DNA of 64,000 nucleotides from Antedon mediterranea (taxonomy: Eukaryota; Animalia; Echinodermata), in NCBI RefSeq assembly GCF_964355755.1, contig NC_092680.1:5270001-5334000 (forward strand). The letters are read 5' to 3'. This document shows positions 38,156 to 51,425 of the stretch, in pieces; position 1 is the stretch's first letter; the number at the start of each line of letters is the position of its first letter. Both the position numbers and the translations under genes were made by a program. The notes beneath the pieces are model-generated. The model saw nothing but the letters and a program-made list of their open reading frames with translations. It did not search any database and had not been told where the DNA came from.

Positions 38156-38582
38156 ATGATTCTGCATACAATTACTAGAATTACCAAATAGTAACACTGA
38201 AATTAGTTGCATATTATTTTTGTACTTATGATACTTACTTTTATACACAGTTTTATAATGTATATATATTAAATGAAAAATAGTAAAGCGTAGGGGCACA
38301 GATCTAAGGATTCCGTTGTTCGAAAAACAATCAGGAGGGTGATGCATGGCAGTTTGTAGCGCAGCTGGTGATTGCCTTACTTCACTTGAATATGACATTG
38401 CACGTTTGTGTGTGCCCATATATGGACATGTTGATGTCATCACTACCATATTTTAGTATATTACTTCCATATTTGGGCACATCACACTTTTTTGTCTAGT
38501 TTGATAGTGTAGACAGAGCTTTAGGGATCATGTCAACATTTTTCTACTGAAGTGACTACATTATCCCGTTTATACAATTATT

Positions 38583-38830
38583 TGTGATAGACATGGGTTT
38601 GAGCCTATCTGTACCATACTGATTGCATCCTTAGGCAAGATGCTTTTCTCTCATTGCCTTGTCCTTTGGATGGGATTTAAAGCCGTTTGTCCCACTTACA
38701 TGTAAATGTGCATGTTAAAGAACTTGGTACACTATTCGAAAAGAGTAAGGGATCGTCTCTGGTATGCTGATCCGATAGGTGCTGCACTGCTGGAGGGCCC
38801 AGTAAGAATTTCTTCATAGTTTCCAGTTAA
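38583..38830 (+). mobile_element. Older Nin/Deu-domain SINE fragment related to the 5S-tRNA SINE
   Basis: Shares TGTGATAG..GTACCATACT..TGCATCCTTAGGCAAGATGC..CTCTCATTGCCT and GCTGCACTGCTGG with the 5S SINE. Also carries a Nin-like insert (GGATGGGATTTAAAGCCG..GCATGTTAAAGAAC..TTCGAAAAGAGTAAGGG). Confidence 0.7.
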
Positions 38831-39985
38831 GCTTGAGAACCAGAATAAATACATTAAAAAAAATTATTTAGCATTGTTATGGGTAATCATGCACACTGTT
38901 TATTGCAGTTAACAAAGACTGTAGTTACTGCAGTCATTTTTACATGGTCCCTAATGAGTAATATTAACCTGCAAAAAATTGCAGAAAGCATCTCATCATG
39001 ATGTATATTTATTTTTTATACAAACTTTTATAAACTGTAATTTAAGTAATTTTATACTGTAATTAATAAATTGGGATAAACACTGTAATATTATATTTAT
39101 ATTTTTGTAAATTTTTAGAAAATAATATAGATTTTTAAAAATAAATCACTGCGAATTATTGTCGATTTCATATGATGATGCTAACATAATAATTTAAAAA
39201 TATACAAAATGTTTGCTAATCCAGAAGTATCTTTTGTTTCATGATTATATAGTAGATAATGCAACTAATAGTTAGAAACTAAATCCATGTTTTAAAATTA
39301 CATTTTTAAGATAAGTTTAATCATAAACCATAATATTAAAAGTATGTTATAGAATGATGAGTATGATATACTATGACTTTATTTAAAAAATATATTAGAA
39401 TGAAATTTATTGTACAGTAATATTTAATGAATGAACAACTCTATAGGTACTGTTGTATATTTTTTTACAATTAATTTTAAGTTTTTTTAATAATCCAGAT
39501 AAAATGCAAATTACTAATAGAAATGATGTTGTACAGATATCCTTATTAGCAAGGATAGCCAAACATGAAAATGGTTATTACTATAATAATTATTTAAAAT
39601 TATGTGTTTAGATGATTGTCTTTAAAAGAGCCTTTGAAATCTCTGTTGTTTTATTTGATGCTGCGCATCTTAAGCTTTTTTTAATATGGTTATGGGATTT
39701 GTTTGTACTGTAATTGGTTCTGTTAGCTCATTAAATAAATGGCTATAGCAGGCTATAAATCTGGCAAAACAATGTCTTGTGGATATGTTCTTTTCTGTTT
39801 GTAGAACTTGAGCTCTGTCTACACTATCAAACTATATGTGACAACCAAATGTGGTGTTCCCATACATGGACATGTCATATCACTACCATATTTGTGTACA
39901 TCACTTTTTTGGTCAAACTATTTTGATAGCGAAGACAGAGCTTTATTTTCGGTGGGGAGCGTCAGTGACAGGTACATCTTATAAA

Positions 39986-40324
39986 TTTTTGTATTTTTTG
40001 TATTTTGTATTAATATTTGTCCTCAGTGAGGAAATTAGGATTAGGCCCTCCACGGACCCACGGCAGCCAGCAGTGCAGCGCCTACCAGATTAGGCAATGA
40101 GAGTAAAGCATCTTGCCTAAGGATGCAATTAGTATGGTACAGATAACCTCGAACCCATGCCTATCACATGCTAGTCCGATATTACCATTACACCATCACT
40201 CTCCAGTATATACAGCACCCGCCACGATTTCTAGACGGTCTCCCATCCAGAACGCAACCGGGCCCAACGTTGCTTAACTTCGGTGATCTGACGAGAACCG
40301 GTGTTTCAACGCAGTATGGCCGTA
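39986..40324 (-). mobile_element. 5S rRNA + tRNA chimeric SINE, copy 1
   Basis: Reverse complement is identical to 61400-61725 except for 2 substitutions seen by eye; (TACAAAA)n-like tail. Confidence 0.9.
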
Positions 40325-41102
40325 CTTAAAGATTGAATTCAAGTTTAGAAAATGGCAACAGACAAGTTTTTACCGGATAAGTGTAGAGGCAGAAACCAAG
40401 CCCTTTTTTTCTTTGTTTTTGAAACCAGAAATTGGGGATTTTTGTTGGACTTGCTAGGGTAGGCACTCTTTTTCTTATGGTGTAGCTACACTGCAGCTGG
40501 TGGAAGGAGTCTCCCTGAGCTCTTCCATGTTCCCTTATTTGCTAGACTACATTTAGTTGAAAAAAAGAAATGAGATGTTTTTGAATAATTATATTTTTAA
40601 TTAAACTCTTTTTATCTAGATCTAAACACTACTACAAGTTGTACAAGTGTAAACAAATTACTTGTTCTAATATTTACATGTTATGTGACTTTTCCATCAA
40701 ATTCTTTGAACCCATTCTAGCACACTCACCGGCTACTAACTACACTTATGTTTATCATTCAACATTTTATTTGTTACCACAGGCAAACTAAAGCTCTGTC
40801 TACACTATCGAAATAGTTTGACAAAAAAAGTGTGCTGTGCCCAAATATGGTAGTGATATGACATCAACATGTCCATATATGGGCACATCACATTTTTTTG
40901 ACACATAAAGTTTGAGGTTAAGGTTTATCATTTAATTTGCTTGTCGATTAATACCTTTGATTAGTTAAACCATATTAATTACATGTTAATTACAGAGATT
41001 AAAATATATTAATTAAAATCTTAAACTTGTTTTTTCATTCAACTATTCTCATGCAGATTTTTATTAATATCAGCAAATGAGTTCTTGAAATTTAAGGTTA
41101 TA

Positions 41103-41260
41103 CAGTGAAACCCCACTTTTGAGACAAAACTATTAAGGGAACATGTTCTTGTAAAAAACACGAGGGGTTATATGTTTTAACACTACTGCCAAACCTCTAT
41201 TCAGGGTACACTTTGTTGGATCTTGAAGGTGTCCTCTTAATATGTAATGTTTTCTATTGA
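41103..41260. mobile_element. Degraded TA-CAGT(G/A)GAA-type Tc1/mariner-like MITE
   Basis: TA-CAGTGAAACCCC..TATTAAGGGAAC..TATTCAGGGTACAC..GTGTCCTCTTAATA. Related pieces at ~220-260, ~31880, ~44685-44770 and inverted at ~62445-62612. Confidence 0.55.
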
Positions 41261-44200
41261 TACTTGTAGACTAAAAATGATTTAGTTCCGCAGTAGGACG
41301 ATGCAAAGATTTTACCGTCCGGAGTTGGATCCGAGAAAGCAATATCGTCCTTACTGAGCGTTGTTCCAAAGATGTAGTTCATTCTGAGAATTAAACAAAA
41401 TTGTATAATTAAAATAACAACTTGAATTATTTTTCTGTTTGTTTCTTTTCATTCTGGTGTTATTAAAGATACTGAAAAAGGTTCAGATTACCTTTTCACC
41501 ATAGAAACTTAAACCATATAATTATATGTGTCAAGGTAAAAGCGAGTACTGTATTATATGAATGTGGGGCAGTTCCTTCCACACTGCTGACTTTCCACCA
41601 TGCGAATTTGCTTGCGCGAATCAAAAGTGTCAGCTTATGCATGCGTAGAGAGGGATTTGGAAGATGTATCATGAATACTCATGCGTATAAGCCGATGCTT
41701 TCGATTCGTCTAATGGAAAATCAGCTTTATCCTCACTAGCATCCTTCAACCAGGTACTAATTTACAGCAGAATGGAGTCTTCCTTAAAAGGAACCTGGGT
41801 CTTTCTGTATGATAATCAAGTGTCCTAACCACTTGCCTACCTCAACTCCACCACCGCTATGATTGGTACTGTACAATACTGGTTTACAAAATGAAAGAAC
41901 ATGTTAGTGTGCCAACCTTAAAGAGTCCACCATCCTACTAGCAATGTTCCTTCTTCGCATCTGTACCGATGACCAAATTCTGCTGACTCCGCATACAACT
42001 GGTTCTGCCTTGTTACTACAACACCAGGCTTTCTGTTTCTCATCTGTTACCTCTTCTTCAGCACTCTTTAACGTATGCTCTTGTGTGCTTTCTGGTATCA
42101 CACGATAACCCTTTAGAATATTCAAAAAATGTTGTTAGAAAATTGATTTCACTCACATCACTATATTCGTGTTAAATGTCTATTCTGTATCATGGAATTA
42201 TTTTTACACACACATCACATGTGAGATTGTTCCTATGATATAGGTGACACATATGATGCTGTATCACAGAATTTGTCAGAGCTATGAGAACTACATAATA
42301 TCTTGTTGATTGAACAGTCTAAACCACTGTATACACTATCAAACTAATTTGACAAAAAAAGTGTGATGTGCCCAAATATGGTAGTGATATTCTCAAATAT
42401 GATAGTGATATGACATCATCATGTCCATATATGGGCACATCACATTTTGTTGTCACTAAAGTTTGATAGTGTAGACAGAGCTTTAGCTTTCATATTTTAT
42501 TTTGTAAATGTAAAGAACTCACCTCTTTTATTTCTTCAGCTATTAGGCAACCAGCAACCTTGTTGTCGATGGAAATAAATAGCAGTGTCTATGAAAGAAT
42601 AAAAATAATAAATAAATATAAATTTTGGTGTTTGTTAATTTAATGTGTTCTTTAAAAGTAGACTATATTAAGCGTTCTTACAGGCATTTTACTGCTATTA
42701 AATACTAATAAACAATGTTTAATTACCCTTGAAGATGGACTGCATGGATGTCCGCCATTAGGGAACCCAAGCTCATGATCAACTAACTCTCGAACTTCAT
42801 CAACCTACAAATAAAACCATAAATGGTGTGAATATAATATGAAATACAATATGAAATATAAATATAATAAATAAATATTAATATGAAATACATTATCAGC
42901 ATTCTATAAGAAAATGCATTGTGCAAAGGAATATTATGATTATAGTAGCCATAAAGTCATCTATTTACAGCCAATTTGATCAAAGGCTAGTGTGTGTATC
43001 ACATTCATCTATATTAAAAATTGTTATTGACAATGAAAATATATATACCGTCTGTATATCGTTTTGATTTAGCTTTTTTTACTTTGTATCTCCATTGAGA
43101 TCCAGCCACTGATACCCACAGCATTGTCATTTTTTCTGTAATTTGCCTTTGGATTTATACTTAAAAGATGGATGTACAGTTTGCTCTTAATAATAATAAT
43201 ATCCTGGATTTATATAGCCTAATGTTGTGAAACCTCTAAGCGCTGTACATAAACTAAACTCTTGCACGCATCATACACATGGAGTATTGTAAAATGGCCA
43301 GAATTGTAATGGGAAAGTTTTATAGTACATTTGGTTTATGGCAGGTATCTTTCCTAGAAATTTATTGCAAAGTAATTTACCTTTTTCTTGCAATATTTTG
43401 GGTCGTTTTCAGTGATTTGTATAATTCTACCATCATCAAATACTTCAAGAATGTTTTCAATTTTCCAACCCTGTACAAACATTCAATACAACATAACATG
43501 ATATGTTAAATATGTTCAAAAGGCCACACCAAATACATGGAAACTGTTTAGTCTATTAATCTGATTCAATCAATTTATTCAATATTCATATAACATATGT
43601 ATATATATCACATAAACAAAATAATACATCATATGAAATTCAATATCATCATCAATTTCTTAAATTTTTAATATTCTTTTTTTTTTCTAAACCATTTGAC
43701 AAATACTTACAGGAAACTTGACAAATGATAAGAACTTCTTATGAAATTGAGCATGATCTGCCTCATCCTCTGGATGGCCTGTCGTGTACACCATTCCACA
43801 AGTCTGACATTTTAATGCACCAAATTGCTTTTGACCAGCATCCTATAAGAACAACAATTTGTATTTTTTTAAATAATTTGAACAATTTCAGGATCCTCCA
43901 GTGGAGGAGGATAAACCAGGAACTAAAATGACGTACTGCATTTAACCCAATCTTCAATCGTTAGAATTGTATTTTTTTGGAATTTAAAAGGGGAGGAGCA
44001 TGGGGGTTTGCTGTGTGTTATCCATCAAGTTATCCACCATAAATCATTGATGAATGCTAGGCCGGGAAGCTAGGCCATTAAAAAAGGCAGTGTTCCAACT
44101 TCAGACGCGGAGTAGAACAGTTATAGACGGCGCGCAGAGCAAGTTGATTATCGAACGTGATCAATCAACGTCACAAGCAGAACCGTTCATTATCACCATT

Positions 44201-46064
44201 AGATATTACTTTTCCATGATGCCTAAATGACCAATCAAATTGCAAGAATACAATCAGGTGTGTTATAAAGGCAAATATTAGTACCATACACTACTCACCA
44301 ATGTCATTTGTTCCAAGCCTTGTTTATCCTTCAGCTTGGTTATAAACTGTCTGCCTGTTTTTTTTACCGTTTGAGGTGTGCTTGTGGCTGTCAATTCTTT
44401 AGAAGCTTTTGACCGTGATGGTGTTGATGTTCCACTGCTTGGACTGGTGGGAGGGGTGAACACTGGGAACAACTTGACTGATGCTTTATTAGACGTTGCG
44501 TCACCAACTAGCTTATTCCCAATTGGACCTACAAAAATTAAAAATTAAGACAAATTACGTATGCACATTCATCTTTGACAGTTGTCAATGGGGAAATAAA
44601 TGGTGGCTGCTAAATGTTCAATTCTTCTCAATTTCTTAAGTACAGGTCAAACTATTGTTTATTTTAGGTTTTCCCCCACGTAATCCCCTATTCAGGGGAC
44701 ACCCCTATTAAAGGGACAATTATTTGAGTAGTCCCGGATGTTTACCTGTATTAATATAGGTTTTACTGTATTTTAGCAATATGTAGCATTTTAAAGAGCA
44801 AATTTAGTTTAGCATCTAAAACATGATCATTCGGTGAGACTTACATTGAGAGAAATGCGACAAACTTTCTGGCGTTTCTATGATCGCATTCTCTTGCGTC
44901 TCCTCCTTAACTTTATCAGGGCTATCAATCTTGGTTACAGGCTTCCTTGGTGATCCACGAGGTGAATGAATTACTTTCTTTGGCGAGTGTACATTAACTG
45001 GCTCCAAAGGTTCAATTCCTTCAATTTTGAGTTCATCTTCAAAACTGCTCATTCGCTTTTGGTATTTCGAGAAGGAATTTTTCTTTACTTCTTTTGTTAT
45101 GCGCTGTGCTCTTGCAGTTTTTCCGCAACTACTTTTCTTCCCTTTACCCAACCCTGATACATACATTTGTATTCCTTTTTGTGCAAATTGTCCAGTTGTT
45201 TTTACCTTAGATCGTTTGGATTTTGATGTAGGTGTTCCTTTGTGGTAGACATGTTTTCTTAATGGATCCCTAATGGGTGACACTTCTGGTGATCCTTGAT
45301 CACTATTTAAGGAATCTTTTGATGTGGTACTGTTTAGTTCTGTTTCAGATTTTTGAGATGATTGACTATCAGGATCAATTTCGTTCAACGACTTTTTCTT
45401 CAACAATTGACTTTCTTTTGTTTTGAGTTTTTTGTTTCTAGTTGTACTCGGGCGTTTTGATGAACTGGTGGTTTTTCGCACCCTGTTAGGTTTTGAGTGT
45501 TTCTTGGACGATTTTGACACTTTGTTCTTGTCTGTCTGACTCAGTCGTTCTGGAAGTATAGTGATTACGCTCTCAAAAAGATCTCTTTGTGTCTTGCGTT
45601 CGAGTGGTGTTAGATAATTACAGCTTGTACCTTTATTGTAGAATGATTTTGTAGCAATTGGTGATACTGATAGCAATTCATCAGCTGATGTTGCAGAATC
45701 TGATTCATTTTTGCCTAAAAATTCTGCAGATAAGCTCTTCTGAATTTGTTGTGGTTTTCTGTATAAAAATAAATATGATTACCATAAAATAATATATACA
45801 AAACAGTTTAAATATATTTTTAATTTATATTAAATTTTGTTTACCATTTTATGTAGGAAAAGAGAAAAAGTTTAGTATAAAAGTAAAATGTATGATGAAA
45901 AATAATTATATTACCCAGGCAAGTACTTACGATATGATGACCTCATCATTGACATCATCTATGCTGGATTTTCGGACTTTGCGTATTGGTGATTCATCTA
46001 AAAGTCTCAGGGGTGAACTTACAATCTTTCGTTTACGTCCTTTTCGAGTGGACATCCCGATCAT
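41254..46064 (-). CDS. ESCO2: Cohesin N-acetyltransferase ESCO2/Eco1, ~655 aa
   Basis: Exons (minus) 46064-45931, 45758-44845, 44528-44299, 43842-43711, 43470-43381, 42804-42727, 42588-42523, 42110-41917, 41383-41254. ESCO2-type [11 protein letters not shown] motif, PIP box QMTLDAGQK, zinc finger [11 protein letters not shown], acetyltransferase motifs [18 protein letters not shown] and [10 protein letters not shown]. Probable non-coding exon 1 near 47052-47105. Confidence 0.94.
42323..42482. mobile_element. PIF/Harbinger-like MITE
   Basis: Same family as 31942-32086; TAA/TTA flanks. Confidence 0.85.
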
Positions 46065-46151
46065 ATTCTATTTCAAAATAAAACAGTTTATAACAAATAA
46101 TTATTATTAAATGACCGGCATGTTTTTATTTTTGTATGAATCAAAGTTTAA

Positions 46152-46705
46152 AGATGTACCGTATTGTCCCTTGAAACACAAAAAATGAAAAAAAAAAATA
46201 TTCTAAATTTAAATTGGCCATATCAAAGTAATATTAAAATTATTCACTTTAAGTCGAAAATTCGAGCCAAAATTAACATTTTATGTAATTAACAGGTAAA
46301 TTAATTAGATTACATTTCGTCTGAGAAGCGAAAGTAAACAAAGATTTCAAACCATGAGTATGCATTATGCATGATGCTAATTAGGATTGTTTACAACTCA
46401 TCACGGTTGAGAAGGTGTTTTCACACAGATCGCGAGGAAGTTTTTACTTTTATGATTATGCATACAGAGTAGCCAAACAAGCGCATTGCATTACGGGATA
46501 TGTTTTGATTGAAAACTTTGACTGGAAGTCAAAGTTATTTTTTGAACAAAAAAACATCTGTATTTCGGTTAAATTTTTTTTTTTTGACTAATTTTTGGTG
46601 AAAGTTAATAACTATTATACTTCAAAATGACACACTTTTTTTCGAAATTTAAAAAAAAAAATTTTGGTTGAATTAGTCAAAAAAGGGACAATAGTCAATA
46701 CATCT
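46152..46705. mobile_element. Kolobok-like non-autonomous DNA transposon
   Basis: TTAA-AGATGTA(CCGTA)TTGTCCC ... GGGACAATA(GTCAATA)CATCT-TTAA: AG..CT termini with TTAA TSD. Possible degraded relative at ~48470-48815. Confidence 0.7.
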
Positions 46706-47099
46706 TTAAATCAAAAGGTTGTTTTGTTGCACTAGCACTGTCCCTCTTTCTTTCTGCCCCTGGCTCTCTGGCAGGCATCTGTTGTGGTGTCGCGTGGCTG
46801 TAAAAGTGTAGGTTATCTTTTGTAGTATCTACCACTTAGTTAGAGGCTCAGGCTAGGCCTATGCCTACTCTTTTTTAGAGCCTGCCTACTATAGACTCTA
46901 GGCTAGGCTAGGCCTATACCTAACTTTAATAAATATCACTACAGCATGCAGTAAAATACAAAAAAACAACACATTTTACACAATTTAATTTCAATATTTG
47001 ATGTAACAAGATCTTTACTCTTTATTATAGACAATCTAGGCATATACGTACCAAGCCAAACAGGTAAATTGTAAGTAGAAGACACAAACAAATTTATAA

Positions 47100-47300
47100 A
47101 CGATTATCTCGCGCGAAATATACAAACCGCGCGCGGAGAAATAAGTTCAAAGGTCATGAATTCCAACAACATACAACTTACTAAATAGTTGTGGAACGGC
47201 ACGATCCAAACACTGTGTGTAGATATCAATAACGATGTGTGGTTTAGTCAACACAACACAATAAAACAAAGTCAACGAGACAATTTTCTTTAAAATATCA
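47100..47300. promoter_or_regulatory. Bidirectional promoter ESCO2/MRGBP
   Basis: Head-to-head genes. CpG-rich patch with E2F-like TTTCGCGC (minus strand, ~47110-47117) and CHR-like TTTGAA (minus strand, ~47146-47151). Confidence 0.6.
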
Positions 47301-47307
47301 TTTAAAA

Positions 47308-50252
47308 ATGGCAATTATTGGAGAGGAGCCATTAAATTGGACTGTAGATATGGAGGTCAATTTATTTCACGCGATGAGAGGCCACAAACCCGTCGGTAGG
47401 CATAACATGTGCATGACTAAACAAAGTTTTTTTTTTGCAGGAGCATTGCCATTTAGGCATTATTAGTAATTACTAATAGTACTAGTAGCTGCAGAGGAGA
47501 GGAGCAGATGATAGTGAAAGATAGGCGAGGCGGGGGCGCATGTGCAACTTGATGGACTTTAAAACATGAAGCATAAACAGCTCCCACACATGACTAAATT
47601 ACTGTACAACAGTACAGTTTTAAATGTTTCTCCACTGAATTGCTGGTCTTGTGTTTGGAAAAGCGAATGGATGGCTTGCGATGTTGTATTTATCCAAAAA
47701 TAGTGAATACCATCAAAATCAACTATAGTATCAGGAAAAAATAAAAACATCCATGTATTTTTCTTCCGACTAGAGGCCTCATCGGATCTCGTCTTAAAAC
47801 TATATTTAGATGCCATTGATTTTTCAATTAAGTTAGTCTAAATAAATGCAGTTCATTGGACTTTTAGCTATTAAAATATCACATGACCCACAATCCTCCA
47901 ATAAAATGACAAGAATCTACTCCTAACACCTAAATAAATTTCATTTGATAGGACCATTATTGTGCATCACATGGCATGCAATAGTACGTACTATTTAAGG
48001 ATTGTGGAATAATACTTATTTTTCATTCCAATAGCGGAACAGTGACGCGCACGGCACAATCTCTCCTTTACAACAAGAATAGTTATATTTAACAAATAAT
48101 GTATGTTTATAAATGTGATGGTACAAAAATTTGCAAAATATGAATTTCTATTTTCACACCCAGGCTTCACCTTGTAAAAATAAAATTTAATGTTTCACAT
48201 CATGAAATTATTTTTACCATCGCACTCATAAACATTCATTATTTGTATATTAATATTATTGCACTGCTGTATATTGAAATCATTTTAATTTGAATAATTT
48301 TATTTTCAGGTGTAAACAAGAACTTTCACATGTTGTGCATTCATGAAAAACTCACTCAAATGACTGGAAAGAAATTAACATCACAACAAATATGGAAACA
48401 CCTATCTACAATGTATGACCTCGCAGCTCTGGTAGGTTTGACCGGTTTAAATTCATTGTAGGCCTAGATAATATTGATTTTCCCAAAAATATCATATTGT
48501 AAGCTTAAATTGAAAAAAAATTCTAACAATTTTTTTTTAATATGCCATTTTAATATCACCTAATTACACTTTGCCCAAATATTGGATCGAGAGAAAAAAT
48601 GTATTTACATACAAAACTAATTTAAAGCAAAAAATAGTCAAATGGGTTTTTGGTTGAATTTAACCATTTGTTTTGTCATAATACGGTATAAGTAAAAACA
48701 TTAATTTTTTCCAGTTTTTTTTCTACAGAAGTGATTGACTTTCTTAAAATTACAAAACAATCTATTCAAAGTCTTATTTTATTAATCTTTATTTTTTATG
48801 TTTTTGGGGGACAATTATCCTATTATACTGTAGTAATTCATGATTTATTTGACTAACTTTAAGTAAACCATGACAAATTATGAGTTAGTGACCATTTTTA
48901 ATAACATTCAGTATTCATATCTAAAATGTACTTTCTTCTTAGCACGAATCTGAGATTGTACCGTTTCCAAATAAGGAAAAAGATTTTGACTTGCCACAAT
49001 CAGATTTTGGGTATTTAATGAGAGCCAAAGATGAGACGTCAACAATATTAACCAATGATGAAGGTACTGTATTTAATTTCAGTCATCCTATTTCATTTTT
49101 AGCACAAACAAAATCAAGCAAATCAGAGCTGAGTAAGTGGAATTACCAGTAAATGTGCATAACATGTTAATGCATATACAATGTATATTTTAAGTTTAAG
49201 TTAAACAAGAACATAAAAGTTAATGTTAGTCTGGAAATACTGTATGTTATTCCAAAACAAAATTCCACAAAACAAAGCAGCCCAATAAAAATGACAATTA
49301 TTGTAATAACAAAGTACAGAATCATAACAATTGTTAATACTGTAAATGCAAAAAAAGACCTTTTTAAAGAAAAAAAACACTAATTCAAGTTTACCTAAAA
49401 AATGCTGGAGCCAAAAAAATACATTAGATTGAATACACGTCTAAGATGTCTTGGATGTTTCTAGCCAAAGTTCTATATGCCAAATAAAAGCATACTACAC
49501 TAGACTGTTTATTTATATAGAATTTAGAAAAAAAGCTACCTTATTGTGTACAAGACAATAGACAGGAAATGGTCACAGAGATTGAAACAGAAATAGCAAA
49601 TTGAGAATAAACAATAAGACACTTAATTAAAATGATAGATTTATGTTTTACAATAAAAGGATTGGCTGAGCAAATTCATAAGCGATTATTACTTCAGTGG
49701 ATTTTTAGTATTACAGTTACAGTATTACCCTTATTACTTGCCTAATTAAACAAATTAAAACATATAACTGGCCTGGTCCACTAATAAGTGAGTGAGTGGC
49801 CGAGCGGTTAAGACAGTGGAACCGTAATTACGAGTCTTCTCGGATAAGGACTATAAACCGTAGGTCCAGTGTACACATCTAGCTTGTGTGCACTTTAAAG
49901 AACCTAGTACATCTTTCGAGACGAGTAGGGGGTTACCCCGGTGTATTAGTACATCATAGCCACTGATCATAACTGGGCCCTCTTAGGAGACCAGTCTTTG
50001 ACTGAAGAGTTCGCCCAGTATAAATATATATTTCAATCAATATTATTTCAATCAATTCAAGAAAACAATTAAACAACATAATTGCAATGTTTTTCTTAAA
50101 ACAATTCAGGCAGTGTAAAGTCACCCTCAAGACCACCCTCAGCCATTCCACCTGGACTAGGTGGAGAAAAAGACACACCAAAGAGAGGCAAACGAACACG
50201 AAACAATGCAGCAAGTCCAAATGATCCTGTAGTAGTAAAACGTCGCAGATGA
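47308..50252 (+). CDS. MRGBP: MRG/MORF4L-binding protein (Eaf7), 157 aa
   Basis: Exons 47308-47395, 48310-48431, 48943-49063, 50110-50252. [54 protein letters not shown] and C-terminal KRRR. Not visible in the ORF track. Confidence 0.93.
49788..50042 (+). mobile_element. tRNA-head Nin/Deu-domain SINE
   Basis: A box GTGGCCGAGCGGTTAAG; Nin/Deu-like TCGGATAAGGACTATAAACCGTAGGTCC..GCACTTTAAAGAACC..TTCGAGACGAGTAGGGG..CCCCGGTGT; TTTCAATCAA tail. Related fragment at ~59978-60058. Confidence 0.75.
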
Positions 50253-51014
50253 ACATATCAGCAAAAGAGTTTGATTCTGCCGTGAATTCTCCAAGATCAT
50301 GCAATTTTATGCGCTAATAAGGTGGCACTATTCAGCAAATAAAATAAAGTATGCTGATTGCCAAAAACGTGAAATAGAACAGTATTCTCTAGCTTTATTT
50401 ATAGTACCTCTAAAGTAATTTTAATTCTTGAGCAACTAAATACCTAGCTGGCTATAAAGTTTTGGCAAAATTAATTAATTTTCGTAACAGAAATGACGAG
50501 GATTGGCGCAGTATACGCAGTAGATAGGAATTGAGAGGAGCGTTGTGATACTGTCCCAACAATATCATGCACAGTCAGTATGATCAATCTTTGCTAAAGA
50601 GTAATAATTTATAGCCTGATGATAGACAATTTTAATTCAACATTTAAAACGAAATGTTAGTTTCTCTCTTGAGACACTGCCTAGAAAATCAGGGAGACTT
50701 TGGAGGTGAAAGTTAATGTTACAGTATAGCTGCACCTACGGTTATTTTCTAATTTCCTTATATTGTTGCTTTTAATCAATGTATATTTTTTATATCCTTT
50801 TTTATGTCATACTTAATGCACAGAGATATTATCTATGCTTTATGCCATTATTTATAATGTATGTGTATTCAAATTAAATATTTTGCTTGCTCTAGATGTT
50901 TACGTAGTATTACAAACAATAACTATAAACAAATAATTTAAACTTCAAATATAATTTGAAAAAAGAAACTTTTATTGTAATCGTATAGCGAAGAAACATG
51001 ATTTGTTTCCCTAA

Positions 51015-51425
51015 AGCTCTGTCTGCACTATCAAACTAGTTTGACTTGTCCAAATATGGTAGTGATATGCCCAAATATGGTATCAATTTCAATTTATCGA
51101 CATTTTTATTCCATAATCAAAATAAAAACATATACAAATACAATACAAATAATAAGATAATGGAATGGGATACAAAATAAGCACAAGTGCTTTAAGCATG
51201 TAACCCTAACAAAAAGATCAAACAATTAGTACAAACAAAAAGAACAAACCAAAATAACATAATGTGAATATTTCTATTGTTATAATATTGCTTTAATCTC
51301 TGTTTAAACAAACTTAAAGTGGGGGATTGTTTTATATAGTCTGTTAAATTGTTCCAAATATGTGTTCCTATGACATCATCATGTCCATGGGAATATCACA
51401 TTTTTTAGATAGTGTAGACAGGGCT
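51015..51425. mobile_element. Harbinger-like MITE split by a nested LINE 3' fragment
   Basis: MITE halves 51015-51082 and ~51369-51425. The intervening minus strand reads GTHIWNNLTDYIKQSPTLSLFKQRLK (typical L2/CR1-group ORF2 end) followed by a 3'UTR. Confidence 0.75.

Noticed and set aside
37424-38449. Antisense ORFs over the XKR last exon
   Set aside because: Shadows of the coding strand and adjacent MITE sequence.
40211-40324. Bona fide 5S rRNA gene (also 61400-61513)
   Set aside because: Altered 3' portion, no oligo-T terminator, and it continues into tRNA-like and SINE body sequence in both copies.
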